64,000 nucleotides of DNA from a virus. The stretch covers positions 64,001 to 128,000 of IMG/VR virus record IMGVR_UViG_3300044630_006441; one strand, given 5' to 3'. Each line of letters starts with the position of its first letter. Position 1 is the stretch's first letter. The notes below the pieces were generated by a model, which saw nothing but the letters and a program-made list of their open reading frames with translations, did not search any database and was not told the origin of the DNA. This document shows, one piece after another, positions 32,148-41,253 of this stretch. The position numbers and the translations under genes were made by a program.

Positions 32148-34233
32148 GAGCAAGCAGGAAACCCACGACACGCAGTTGCAGAAGGAATTGGTCAAGCAGT
32201 ACGGCGAAGGGGTGGCTGTCTCTGCTCGCGACATGCTTGAGGAAGAAAGCTCCAGGAAGATGGTCGTGCCGGTCGGCCCCGCATTGAATGTGGGTCTGCA
32301 TGGCGGCATCCCCGAGGGATCTTGGATCACTTGTTCGGGCCAGCCGAAGACCGGAAAAGAGCAGCCTGTTTCTGCGACAGTCTACACGCCGAGCGGCCCC
32401 CGCAAGATTGGCGACATAGAGATTGGCGATGTCATCTGCCATCCGGATGGTGACACGGCAAATGTCGTTGGTGTTTTCCCCCAGGGGATTAAGCCGGTTT
32501 ACAGGGTCACCTTTGACAACGGCGATACGGCCGAGTGCGGCTTAGAACACCTTTGGGAGGTTTCCGCAAGACTTCGCAAGAACACCGAGGTCATACCGCT
32601 CAAGGAATTCAAGGATGATCTGTACTACAAGGAGAAGAGCAATCGCTGGGGGCAGAGGCCCAAGTGGCATGTCCGTTTGACTAGTGCTGTCTCGTTCCGT
32701 CCTCGTCCCGTGCCTGTGCATCCTTATGTCGTCGGACTCATGCTGGGCAATGGGTCGATGGGCGAAAAGCAGTTGTGTTTTTCTGCCGCTGATCGCGAAC
32801 TGGCCGTGGCCGTGGCGGACCATACTGGCTGCGAGATCTCTGCGGTCAAAGCCAACAATTATGATTACCGGCTGACCGGGGCCAAGCAACTTAAGACAGC
32901 CCTCAAGCGTTTAGGTCTGATTGGCAGGAATTCCCACACCAAGCATGTGCCCGACTGCTACCTGTACAATTCCGTCGAGGTGCGCCAGGCTGTTTTGCAG
33001 GGCCTGATGGACACCGACGGCACCGTCGACAAAACAGGCGCAGCAGAGTTTACCACCGTATCCCAGCGTTTGGCTGATCAGGTCAAGTGGCTGGTGCAAT
33101 CGTTAGGCGGGCTGTGTTCGGTCAGGGCTTCACGGCGCATTTTCAACGGCAAGCTTTTCAGGTTTTATCGTTGCCATATTCGTATGGTCGACATGTCTTC
33201 GATTTTCCGCCTGCCCCGCAAGAAGAATCGTTGCCAGAAGCGCACGACCAACATGACCCGCAGGATTGTCGCCGTCGACTATGTGCGGGATGAGCATTCG
33301 GTTTGCATAAAGGTTGACCGTGAGGACGGGCTTTATCTGACCGATCACTTCATCGTCACCCACAACACATCGACGGCCTTGTCCTTCGCCGCCCAATGCC
33401 AGAAGCCGGAATACGGTGGTCGCCATGTTTATTACCTGAACATCGAGGGTCGTCTCAAGGAGATGAACCTGAAGGGGACCGCGGGCCTGAACCTAGACAA
33501 GTTCACCATCTTCCGGTCCACCCCCGAACGCATCCTCACCGCCAAGGACTACCTGACCCTGGCGATGAAGTGCATCAACACCGACCCCGGCTGTCTGGTC
33601 ATCATCGATTCCGTCTCGGCTTTGTGTGACGAGAAGGAAATGGATGAAGGTGTCGGCTACGAGAATCGTGGTGCTGGCAACAAAATCTTCGCTGGTTTCT
33701 GTCGACAAGCCTCCAATGTCGTTCCAGTCCGCAACTGCTTTGTCTGGGCGATCCTGCACCTGACGCAGTCGCAGGGCATGTACGGCGGTTTTGTGGAAAA
33801 GGGCAGTCGCACTCTGCAATACCAGGCTGATGTTCAGATGCGTGTCAAATTTGACCGCGCCTGGAAGGTCGGGTCGGGAGGCAACGAAAAACAGATCGGC
33901 CAACAGGTCCATTGGCTGATCGAGTCCTGCGCCCTTGGCCCGCCCCAGATGGAAGTGGACAGCTACATCCGCTATGGCATCGGCATCGACCATGTTTACG
34001 AGGCCATCAACCTGGGCGCCCAGCTTGGTCTGATCGGCAAGGCCGGGGCGTGGATGAGCCTCGATTACATGGAGCGACACCTAGACCTGATGGGCGTCGA
34101 CAAGTGGAACGATGAGGCGGTCAAAAGGGTCAAGACTCAGGGGGCCGAAAAGCTGTACAAGCTGCTCCAGGACAATCCTTCGTGGATTGCCGCCCTAGAG
34201 TCCGAAATCAACGCCATGCTGCGCCCGTCATGA
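32140..34233 (+). CDS. recA: RecA-like recombinase containing an intein
   Basis: L.V.L.GGIP.G, Walker A GQPKTGK|T split by intein, Y.NIEGR, Walker B IIDSVSAL; GGAGG RBS before GTG. Confidence 0.9.
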   Translation: MSKSKQETHDTQLQKELVKQYGEGVAVSARDMLEEESSRKMVVPVGPALNVGLHGGIPEGSWITCSGQPKTGKEQPVSATVYTPSGPRKIGDIEIGDVICHPDGDTANVVGVFPQGIKPVYRVTFDNGDTAECGLEHLWEVSARLRKNTEVIPLKEFKDDLYYKEKSNRWGQRPKWHVRLTSAVSFRPRPVPVHPYVVGLMLGNGSMGEKQLCFSAADRELAVAVADHTGCEISAVKANNYDYRLTGAKQLKTALKRLGLIGRNSHTKHVPDCYLYNSVEVRQAVLQGLMDTDGTVDKTGAAEFTTVSQRLADQVKWLVQSLGGLCSVRASRRIFNGKLFRFYRCHIRMVDMSSIFRLPRKKNRCQKRTTNMTRRIVAVDYVRDEHSVCIKVDREDGLYLTDHFIVTHNTSTALSFAAQCQKPEYGGRHVYYLNIEGRLKEMNLKGTAGLNLDKFTIFRSTPERILTAKDYLTLAMKCINTDPGCLVIIDSVSALCDEKEMDEGVGYENRGAGNKIFAGFCRQASNVVPVRNCFVWAILHLTQSQGMYGGFVEKGSRTLQYQADVQMRVKFDRAWKVGSGGNEKQIGQQVHWLIESCALGPPQMEVDSYIRYGIGIDHVYEAINLGAQLGLIGKAGAWMSLDYMERHLDLMGVDKWNDEAVKRVKTQGAEKLYKLLQDNPSWIAALESEINAMLRPS
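32359..33366 (+). mobile_element. class 3 intein with LAGLIDADG homing endonuclease (336 aa)
   Basis: EQPVSATVYTPSG start; EHLW, VCIKV, YLTDHFIVTHN|T; PYVVGLMLGNG and LQGLMDTDG endonuclease motifs. Confidence 0.9.
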
Positions 34234-34634
34234 AAGTGAAAGGCCTTGATGGGAGGACCTACACTTGGTCCTTCACGGGGAGGTCGCACTCCGGGGCCGA
34301 AACAGCCCCGGCCCGTTCTGGCCTGCATGGTCGGGTCAGATCCCTGCTGCGGAAGATCTACCCTGTCGACCGGATCATGGAGGAGGTGGGTCTGCCCGGG
34401 TCAAACGGCCTTCGGGTGGACTTCTACCTTCCCCTCCGCAACTTGGTGGTTGAGGCGCACGGCGAACAGCACTATCGTTTTGTGGCCCACTTCCACGGCA
34501 CCCTGATGGGGTTCTTGGAATCCAAAGCCAGAGACCAGAAGAAAATTGAGTGGTGCCTTCTGAATGGCATCCAGGTGATTGAGTTGCCTTACAACGAGGA
34601 GGATGAGCAATGGGAGAAGAGGTTGAGGGAGTGA
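34230..34634 (+). CDS. PD-(D/E)XK / DUF559-like endonuclease
   Basis: EEV.LPG...LRVDFYLP...VVEAHGEQHY....FH; RDQKK.EWC..NGI..IELPY. Confidence 0.85.
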   Translation: MKVKGLDGRTYTWSFTGRSHSGAETAPARSGLHGRVRSLLRKIYPVDRIMEEVGLPGSNGLRVDFYLPLRNLVVEAHGEQHYRFVAHFHGTLMGFLESKARDQKKIEWCLLNGIQVIELPYNEEDEQWEKRLRE

Positions 34635-35083
34635 AGTCTGCTTCCCAGTCTGCCGATGAGATGCTGGACAATTACGAGAAGCTGGTTCTTCCCGGCAATG
34701 ACACGGGGGCGATGCGGTACATCAACGCCACCCAGCATGAACTGAACGCCATGTCTGCCGAGGAATGCAACGAGGCCGCTGTCATGTTGACGTGCCTGGC
34801 CTTCCATGTGGCCAAGGCTTGCAACAAATTGCGCGCAAAAATTCGCTATTGCAACGAAGCCATCCTCAAGTGTATCGCCAACAAAACGGCGAACTACAGG
34901 TACAACTCCCCGGACGAGAGAAGGGCGTTGGCTATTCAGGAAGACGACTTTGCCGCCAACATGAAGAAGCAAGAGGTCTCTCTTTCTTGTCGGCTGGAAA
35001 GGATTGATTATTTGTCACTTCGGCTTGAAAAAGTAGCCGATATGTTTGCATCTTTGGCCGCAACCAAACGGAGACAGCAATGA
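34610..35083 (+). CDS. coiled-coil hypothetical protein
   Basis: Helical ORF in the recombination operon; start uncertain. Confidence 0.65.
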   Translation: MGEEVEGVKSASQSADEMLDNYEKLVLPGNDTGAMRYINATQHELNAMSAEECNEAAVMLTCLAFHVAKACNKLRAKIRYCNEAILKCIANKTANYRYNSPDERRALAIQEDDFAANMKKQEVSLSCRLERIDYLSLRLEKVADMFASLAATKRRQQ

Positions 35084-35499
35084 GCGACAAGGAGCTTTTG
35101 AAAAAGATGGCGATGGCCATGGCTTCCGAAGACTGGGCGACGGTTGCCCAAGTGGCTTCGCAGATGGCTGGCGGGACCACGACCGAACCCGCGCCTGAAC
35201 CAAAGAAGGCGACCAAGGCCAAGAAGACGGCAAAGGTGGCGGAACAACCCGCCCCCGCGTCAACGAACCAGTTCAAGGACGACTTGTCTCTGGAGAAGGG
35301 ACATATCGCAACAGACAGGAAGTTGAACAAGAAGATTCGTCCGGCAGCCCGCAGGCCCCCGTCCCAAAACCTGAGGATGGTCGATGTTGTCTGCCCAAAG
35401 TGCAACAAGACCCATCAGGTGACTGCGGTGCAGGCTTCGATGCGGCGAGACATTGATTCTGGGGTGGTTTGTGCTGGTTGTCTGAGGAGAGGGAGATGA
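35080..35499 (+). CDS. zinc-finger protein
   Basis: CPKC...CAGC at C-terminus. Confidence 0.7.
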   Translation: MSDKELLKKMAMAMASEDWATVAQVASQMAGGTTTEPAPEPKKATKAKKTAKVAEQPAPASTNQFKDDLSLEKGHIATDRKLNKKIRPAARRPPSQNLRMVDVVCPKCNKTHQVTAVQASMRRDIDSGVVCAGCLRRGR

Positions 35500-36947
35500 A
35501 TCAAGATCCGGCAGCGGAGAGGGCTGTTCTGGCGGCTCTTCTCAAGGGTGGTCACGAGGCGTGGGTGGACGTCTCGGATGTGCTTTCTGCGGCCTGTTTC
35601 ACTTGTGGAACAAACGCCGTCTACTATCGTTGCTTGGAGAAGGTTCTGGCTGAACCCAACTCCAAAGCGGACATACCCTCTATCGTGTCGGCGGCTGGCA
35701 CGCTGGGGTTTGCGGATACATTCAAATCCCAGGAGGAGCAGAAATATCTGCGGGCCTTGGCGGTCACGCCGGTTGAACCATCCAATCTACGCCGGTTGGC
35801 CGCACGCCTAGTCAAATTGCACAAGGCCAACGAATTCTCCGAGGTCATGAAAGATTCGGCAGAGAAACTGGCGAATATTTCGGGCGACGAAACCCTTGGG
35901 GAAATCCTGGGGATTGGCGAAGAGGCCGTCTTCAATTTCGTCGGTAATCTGGGCAACCAGTCCGAAAGCCTGGCTCATATCTCCAAGGACTTGGACGAAT
36001 ACATTGATTACCTTGCCGCCAACCCGTCGGAGGTGATGGGAATCTCTTCCGGTTTGCCTCAGTACGATGCGGCGATCGGGGGCGGGTTCCAGCGCGGCAC
36101 GGTCAATGTGATCGGTGCTAGGCCGAAGACTGGCAAGACTCAGTTGGCTGACAACATCGCCCTGCATGTCGCCTCCAAGCTGAACATCCCCGTCCTGAAC
36201 CTGGACACGGAAATGTCAGCGAAAGAGCATTGGCATCGCATGTTGGCGAACATGGCGAATGTGGTGGTGGACGACATCAAGAGTGGCAAGTTTGCCGCCG
36301 ACGAGATGAAGTCCAAGGCTGTGTACGAAGCCAAGGAAAAGCTCAAGAATATCCCCTACCACTACGCATCGATTGCTGGCCAGCCCTTTGAGGAGACGGT
36401 CGGCTCCATGCGGCGATGGTTGTATCGTCATGTCGGCTTCGATGAGTCTGGACAGACAAAGCCAGCCCTCATCGTGTTCGACTACATCAAGCTGATGGAC
36501 GACCGCAGTATCACCAAGAACATATCGGAATTCCAGGCTCTGGGATTCCTGATGACCAACCTGCACAATTTTGCGGTGCGCTATCAGGTTCCCGTCCTGG
36601 CGTTTGTCCAGTTGAACCGGGACGGCATCAATGCCGAGGACACGAGCACGGCTAGCGGTTCAGACCGCATCATCTGGCTGTGTTCAAACTTTTCCATTTA
36701 CAAGTGGAAAAGTCAGGAGGAGATGGCCGAAGAAGGAATGGGGCCGGACGGCGTGCGTTACAACCTGAAGCTTATCCCGGTTGTTTCGCGCCACGGCAAG
36801 GGGCTTGAGGGTGGGGACTACATCAACATTCAGGGGCAGTATGAATATGGCAGACTCAAGGAAGGACCGACGCGGAACAGCCTACTCCGCAGCAAACCAA
36901 CACGGTCAGGCTTCGACAATCCCCCCCAAGACTCCCCAGAGTTTTGA
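35496..36947 (+). CDS. dnaB: replicative DNA helicase DnaB
   Basis: AERAVLA, GISSG...YD, IGARPKTGKT, LDTEMS, FDYIKLM, VQLNR. Confidence 0.93.
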   Translation: MNQDPAAERAVLAALLKGGHEAWVDVSDVLSAACFTCGTNAVYYRCLEKVLAEPNSKADIPSIVSAAGTLGFADTFKSQEEQKYLRALAVTPVEPSNLRRLAARLVKLHKANEFSEVMKDSAEKLANISGDETLGEILGIGEEAVFNFVGNLGNQSESLAHISKDLDEYIDYLAANPSEVMGISSGLPQYDAAIGGGFQRGTVNVIGARPKTGKTQLADNIALHVASKLNIPVLNLDTEMSAKEHWHRMLANMANVVVDDIKSGKFAADEMKSKAVYEAKEKLKNIPYHYASIAGQPFEETVGSMRRWLYRHVGFDESGQTKPALIVFDYIKLMDDRSITKNISEFQALGFLMTNLHNFAVRYQVPVLAFVQLNRDGINAEDTSTASGSDRIIWLCSNFSIYKWKSQEEMAEEGMGPDGVRYNLKLIPVVSRHGKGLEGGDYINIQGQYEYGRLKEGPTRNSLLRSKPTRSGFDNPPQDSPEF

Positions 36948-37968
36948 GCGCCTACGGAAGATAGCAGCAGCGGCCACCCAAAAGCTTGAGACAGTCTTTG
37001 ACGCCCTTGGGCTGGAGTACAAGCCCGCCGAGAACTCGTTCTTCACGGCGTGCCCCGTGCATGGCGGCGATAACCCGACCGGCTGTCGGGTCTACTACAA
37101 CGCCTCCATGGGGTACTGGCAATGCTTCACCAGGGGCTGCGAGAAGGTTTTCCGGGACGACACTTTTGGCTTTGTGCGGGGTGCCCTGTCTCGCCAGCGT
37201 TACGGGTGGGTGGCTGAAGGCGACAAGGTGGCGACGGTCAACGAGACGGAGAAGTTCCTCTCTGCCTTGTTGTCGCTCACTCCAGGTGCGGAAATTCCCC
37301 AGGTTGACAAAAGTCAGCGGGAGTTCGTCACCGCCACCCGCATCATGCAGGTCGAAAGCGGTCCTGTCGGCAAATGGGGCCGCGATCTCGTGCGGAGCCG
37401 CATGGAGATCCCCAGCAAGTTTTTCAAGGGGCGCGGTTTTGGCGATGAAGTGCTCAACCATTTCGATATCGGCGACACGAAACAGGGGCCGTTCGCTGGC
37501 AGGGCCGTTGTCCCCATCTATGACCACACCGGTCGGATGGCGGTCGGTTTCTCTGCCAGGGCGATTGGGGATATGCAGCCGAAGTGGCGGCACTCCGAGG
37601 GATTTTCCCGATCCCGTGTCCTTTACAACCAGTTTGTTGCTTTTAGAGAGGCTCGTCGCTCAGGCACGATCATCCTGACTGAGGGACCGTGCGATGTTTG
37701 GCGCCTCTGGGAGGCTGGTTACCACAATGCGGTGGCACTGTTTGGCGTTGCCCTGAGTGACGCGCAGCAGGTGCTGCTGGAATCATCCGGAGCCAGTCGT
37801 GTGATCGTGTTTCTGGATGACGATGAGGCTGGACAGATTGCCTCGCAAAAGATTGTTGCCCAGCTTTCCAGGTCATTCCGCGTGATTGCGGCTCGAGCTG
37901 GACAGGGTAAAGATCCAGCCGATTTGTCTGTGGACGAAATCAAGCAGGTACTAGGGAGGCTCAAGTGA
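36841..37968 (+). CDS. dnaG: DNA primase (CHC2 zinc finger plus TOPRIM)
   Basis: CPVHGGDNP...WQCFTRGC; GRAVVPI, GFSAR, EGPCD, DDDEAG, KDPAD; start uncertain (overlaps dnaB). Confidence 0.9.
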   Translation: MNMADSRKDRRGTAYSAANQHGQASTIPPKTPQSFERLRKIAAAATQKLETVFDALGLEYKPAENSFFTACPVHGGDNPTGCRVYYNASMGYWQCFTRGCEKVFRDDTFGFVRGALSRQRYGWVAEGDKVATVNETEKFLSALLSLTPGAEIPQVDKSQREFVTATRIMQVESGPVGKWGRDLVRSRMEIPSKFFKGRGFGDEVLNHFDIGDTKQGPFAGRAVVPIYDHTGRMAVGFSARAIGDMQPKWRHSEGFSRSRVLYNQFVAFREARRSGTIILTEGPCDVWRLWEAGYHNAVALFGVALSDAQQVLLESSGASRVIVFLDDDEAGQIASQKIVAQLSRSFRVIAARAGQGKDPADLSVDEIKQVLGRLK

Positions 37969-38585
37969 TGTTAGTCGGAATCGCAGGCAAAAAAGGGGCT
38001 GGCAAAGACACCCTCGCCCACGACCTCGTGGAGCATCGTCATTGGATCAATAACTATCTGGCTGCTGGCAAGGTCTTTCACTTTGCCGACACCCTCAAGA
38101 AGGTGACCGTGGAGTTGCTTGGTATTCCGGCCGAGATGGTTTACGGCACCCAGGAGGACAAAGAGCAGAAGTGTCATCTGCGCTGGGAAAACATGCCGAC
38201 TTACGAACTGATGGGGGATTTGCGTCCAACTGGCCGGATGTCTGTCCGGGAAGTGTTGCAATACTTCGGCACAGAAATCCTGCGCAAGATGTATGGCCGC
38301 GTCCACATCAACGCCACCTTCAACGCCATCGCCCAGTACGAGGAATCCCAGGAGGGCCAGGTTCTGTCCGTCGTCGCAGATTTACGCTTCCCGAACGAGT
38401 GCGATGCCATTAAAGAAGAGGGGGGTATCGTCATAGGTTTAACCCGTGGCGAAAAAGGCGATAATCATGCTAGCGAAAACGCTTTAGATGACTATTCTTT
38501 CAATGTACTGATCGACAATATCGGTATGACTCGTGAAGAGCAGCTTGAAGCCGCTCTCAAATCCTTGCGAAGGAGCTACCGTTGA
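37965..38585 (+). CDS. deoxynucleoside monophosphate kinase
   Basis: GIAGKKGAGKDT, FAD.LK, REVLQYFGTE..R, DLRFPNE, H.SE. Confidence 0.9.
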   Translation: MMLVGIAGKKGAGKDTLAHDLVEHRHWINNYLAAGKVFHFADTLKKVTVELLGIPAEMVYGTQEDKEQKCHLRWENMPTYELMGDLRPTGRMSVREVLQYFGTEILRKMYGRVHINATFNAIAQYEESQEGQVLSVVADLRFPNECDAIKEEGGIVIGLTRGEKGDNHASENALDDYSFNVLIDNIGMTREEQLEAALKSLRRSYR

Positions 38586-39643
38586 TTGTAACTTTTTTGC
38601 GGTCTAGCTCCGTAGGGTCTTATGGTTGGTGTCCACACAAGTTCTTTATCACCAGTAACTTGGGTCATAAGGAACCTTCCGGCAAAAAAGCCGAGTCTGG
38701 AAACATCGTCCATAAGGCTCTGGAACTTCTAGCCCGCAAAAAACTGGCCCATCAAAATAAAGAAAAAACCTTTTCTGATCCCGAAGTCGAAAAAGAATTC
38801 GACACAGCCACTTTCACCCCAGAATTAGCCATCGCTGCTGGCTGGGATCACTACACCAACCCCGAACGCACCATCCATCCCTGGACTAACGGCGACCGGA
38901 AGAAATGCGAGCAATGGACCTGGGATGTCTTGCTGTTTAACGACGGCATGTTTTCTCCCGTCAATCGCAATGTCGTCATGCCGGAACAATATTTTGAAAT
39001 AACTTTGCCCCACGAATGGGCGAAGTACGAATATTCGTTGCCAGATGGCCGCAACTATAAGGGCCAGTTGATTTTGCGCGGCACGATGGACCTCGTCACC
39101 AGGATCAGGCCTGGGCTGATTGAGTACATCGACTGGAAAACCGGCAAGCGTCGATGTTGGGTGAAAGATAAAGTTAAAGAATATGATGATATGTATGAAG
39201 ATTTTCAGCTTCGTCTATATCATTATGCCTTGTGCGAGCTTTATCCAAACGATGATATCTTAATGACAATCTTTTTTGTGCAAGATGGTGGGCCTTACTC
39301 TTTGTGTTTGCAGCGGTCAGACTTGCCCGACACACTTCAGATGATTCGTCGTGAGTTTGAAAAGATCAAAATGGACAATCATCCCCGCCGCATTCTCGAC
39401 CGCGATCCCAAGAACTGGAAGTGTAGTCGCCTGTGCTCTTTTTTCGACGACCAGCATCCTGTCTCCGGTTTGTCGACTTGCCAGCATTTCAAGAATGAGA
39501 TCATTGAATTGGGGATCGACAGGGTCGTCTCCAAGTATGCGGTGGGGGAACCTTGGGCCGGTTACGGTTCCGGTGGTGGCAGAACAGAAAGGGTTGACGA
39601 GGCTGCCAATCAAGCCGTAGTATCTTCAGGAGTAGCGTCGTGA
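38582..39643 (+). CDS. Cas4/AddB-like PD-(D/E)XK exonuclease
   Basis: SSS.....CP.KF, G..VH.ALE, RGTMDL, IDWKTG, QL.LY, C-terminal C...C...C (Fe-S staple pattern). Confidence 0.85.
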   Translation: MIVTFLRSSSVGSYGWCPHKFFITSNLGHKEPSGKKAESGNIVHKALELLARKKLAHQNKEKTFSDPEVEKEFDTATFTPELAIAAGWDHYTNPERTIHPWTNGDRKKCEQWTWDVLLFNDGMFSPVNRNVVMPEQYFEITLPHEWAKYEYSLPDGRNYKGQLILRGTMDLVTRIRPGLIEYIDWKTGKRRCWVKDKVKEYDDMYEDFQLRLYHYALCELYPNDDILMTIFFVQDGGPYSLCLQRSDLPDTLQMIRREFEKIKMDNHPRRILDRDPKNWKCSRLCSFFDDQHPVSGLSTCQHFKNEIIELGIDRVVSKYAVGEPWAGYGSGGGRTERVDEAANQAVVSSGVAS

Positions 39644-40140
39644 GTAGCTGCCATTTAAAGATCGGGACTAAGATCGTATTGAACGAGGCCGAGCAAAGGC
39701 TGGCCAAGTTTTTAGCGAAGTCCAGATACATGAAAAATAGGCAGTCCAACACGAAAGACGGCAAGGTGGGGCCGCAAGATTGTGAGACAACAGATCTGGA
39801 AGGAATCGCAGCAGAAATCGCATTTTGCAAGATGGTCAATGTCTATCCAGATTTACAGCTGGATGAACGACCAGAGCATGATGCCACTCTTCCATGCGGC
39901 ACTACTGTCGATGTCAAAGCGACCAAATACAAGAACGGCAAGCTTTTAGCCGTTCCAGGAAAAGTGGATAAGTCCGATGGACTTGACACCTACTCGCTTG
40001 TTGTGGGCGAGTTTCCCGGCCCTTATGAGTTTAAGGGCTTTTGCAAGCGTGAGGAGTTGCTGCGGCAGGAGCGACTCACGAATCTGGGCTACGGCCCCAC
40101 CTATGCCGCGGAACAAAAGGAGCTTTCTGAACAGCCATGA
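39640..40140 (+). CDS. putative PD-(D/E)XK nuclease-fold protein
   Basis: G..AE.AF...D......VDVK.T. Confidence 0.6.
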   Translation: MSSCHLKIGTKIVLNEAEQRLAKFLAKSRYMKNRQSNTKDGKVGPQDCETTDLEGIAAEIAFCKMVNVYPDLQLDERPEHDATLPCGTTVDVKATKYKNGKLLAVPGKVDKSDGLDTYSLVVGEFPGPYEFKGFCKREELLRQERLTNLGYGPTYAAEQKELSEQP

Positions 40141-40466
40141 GCAGCTTAGCCAACTATCAACTGGAAGCCCGGACCACAGCGATTTATCCTGCGCAAGTCA
40201 AGGTCATTTACCCGGCACTTGGATTGGCTGGCGAAGCTGGCGAGGTGTGCAACAAAGCCAAAAAAATTCTGCGTGACGACGCCGGAAATTTGACCGACGA
40301 CAAGCGAACTCAGTTGGTGGACGAACTGGGCGATGTCCTCTGGTACGCAGCCAATTTGGCTACCGACCTGGGGGTGACCCTTGAGGAAGTCGCCAAGCGG
40401 AATCTGGCGAAATTGAAAAGCCGCCAGGAGCGTGGCACTCTGACAGGGAGCGGCGATAATCGCTGA
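40137..40466 (+). CDS. mazG: MazG-like nucleotide pyrophosphohydrolase
   Basis: LGLAGEAGEV....KK..RD; ELGDVLWY; N..KL.SR.ERG...GSGDNR. Confidence 0.92.
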   Translation: MSSLANYQLEARTTAIYPAQVKVIYPALGLAGEAGEVCNKAKKILRDDAGNLTDDKRTQLVDELGDVLWYAANLATDLGVTLEEVAKRNLAKLKSRQERGTLTGSGDNR

Positions 40467-40475
40467 TTTGTCTGG

Positions 40476-40515
40476 GCGTGGTCCCGGCCAATATGGTCGG
40501 GGCCATCGCTTCTTC
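40476..40515 (+). terminator. GC-rich hairpin, probable terminator
   Basis: TGGTCCCGGCCA-ATA-TGGTCGGGGCCA followed by TCGCTTCTT. Confidence 0.5.
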
Positions 40516-40584
40516 AAAAGATTTTGGGTTTTACTTGATATTCTACTTCCATAGTTACTACTGTTGACTGTGGAGGTGAACACT

Positions 40585-41253
40585 ATGAAGCTTGAAGCCG
40601 ATCAGATTGAGCGATTTTGGTCTAAGGTAGAAAAAACAGATAGTTGTTGGCTGTGGACGGCTGGGCAAAAGAACCCAGAAGGCTACGGTGGTTTTTATGT
40701 GCGGCAAATCGACAACACAGTTTCCTGCCACAAAATAGCTTTTTGCATTGAGCATAATTTTGGGTTAAATGATATTCCTGAAGGGATTGTTATTCGTCAT
40801 CTTTGCAACAATCATCCCTGCGTAAACCCATCTCATCTTGCCCTTGGGACTTATAAAGACAACAGCCAAGATATGGTTGCCGCTGGCAATTCTGTGGGCG
40901 GGGAAAAAAATTGGAAAAGCAAAGTTGATCGAGCAAAAGTCTTAGAAATGCGTAGGCTTTGGTCAACTGGAGAATACACAAAATCTCAATTGGCAGAACT
41001 TTTTCAGATTACTGATTCTACTGTCTGGCAGATCATCACCAATCGCACATGGAAAGACTCATCATATGTGCCAATTACTTTTTCTGAAACAAAAAATAAA
41101 GCTTGTAAATTTACTCACGATCAAGTGCAAGAAATAAAAGAAAAATATAAGAGTGGAATTCCTGTTCGCTCTTTAGTTGTCGAGTACAACATCAGCATGT
41201 CTCAAGTTTACAATATACTACACGGACGACAACGAAAGGGTGGGAATCAATGA
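40585..41253 (+). CDS. HNH homing endonuclease with two C-terminal HTH domains
   Basis: RFWSKVEK.DSCWLWT, GYG.F, IRHLCNN..CVNPSHL.LGT..DN..DM; low GC; directly upstream of dnaE. Confidence 0.92.
   Translation: MKLEADQIERFWSKVEKTDSCWLWTAGQKNPEGYGGFYVRQIDNTVSCHKIAFCIEHNFGLNDIPEGIVIRHLCNNHPCVNPSHLALGTYKDNSQDMVAAGNSVGGEKNWKSKVDRAKVLEMRRLWSTGEYTKSQLAELFQITDSTVWQIITNRTWKDSSYVPITFSETKNKACKFTHDQVQEIKEKYKSGIPVRSLVVEYNISMSQVYNILHGRQRKGGNQ

Noticed and set aside
36841-36947. Programmed frameshift fusing DnaB and primase
   Set aside because: The ~100-nt overlap is explained by in-frame ATGs at 36841/36847; no convincing slippery heptamer with a stimulator
38582-39643. Cas4-like nuclease as evidence of a CRISPR-Cas system
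   Set aside because: No array or other cas genes; solo Cas4-like nucleases are common in phage replication modules
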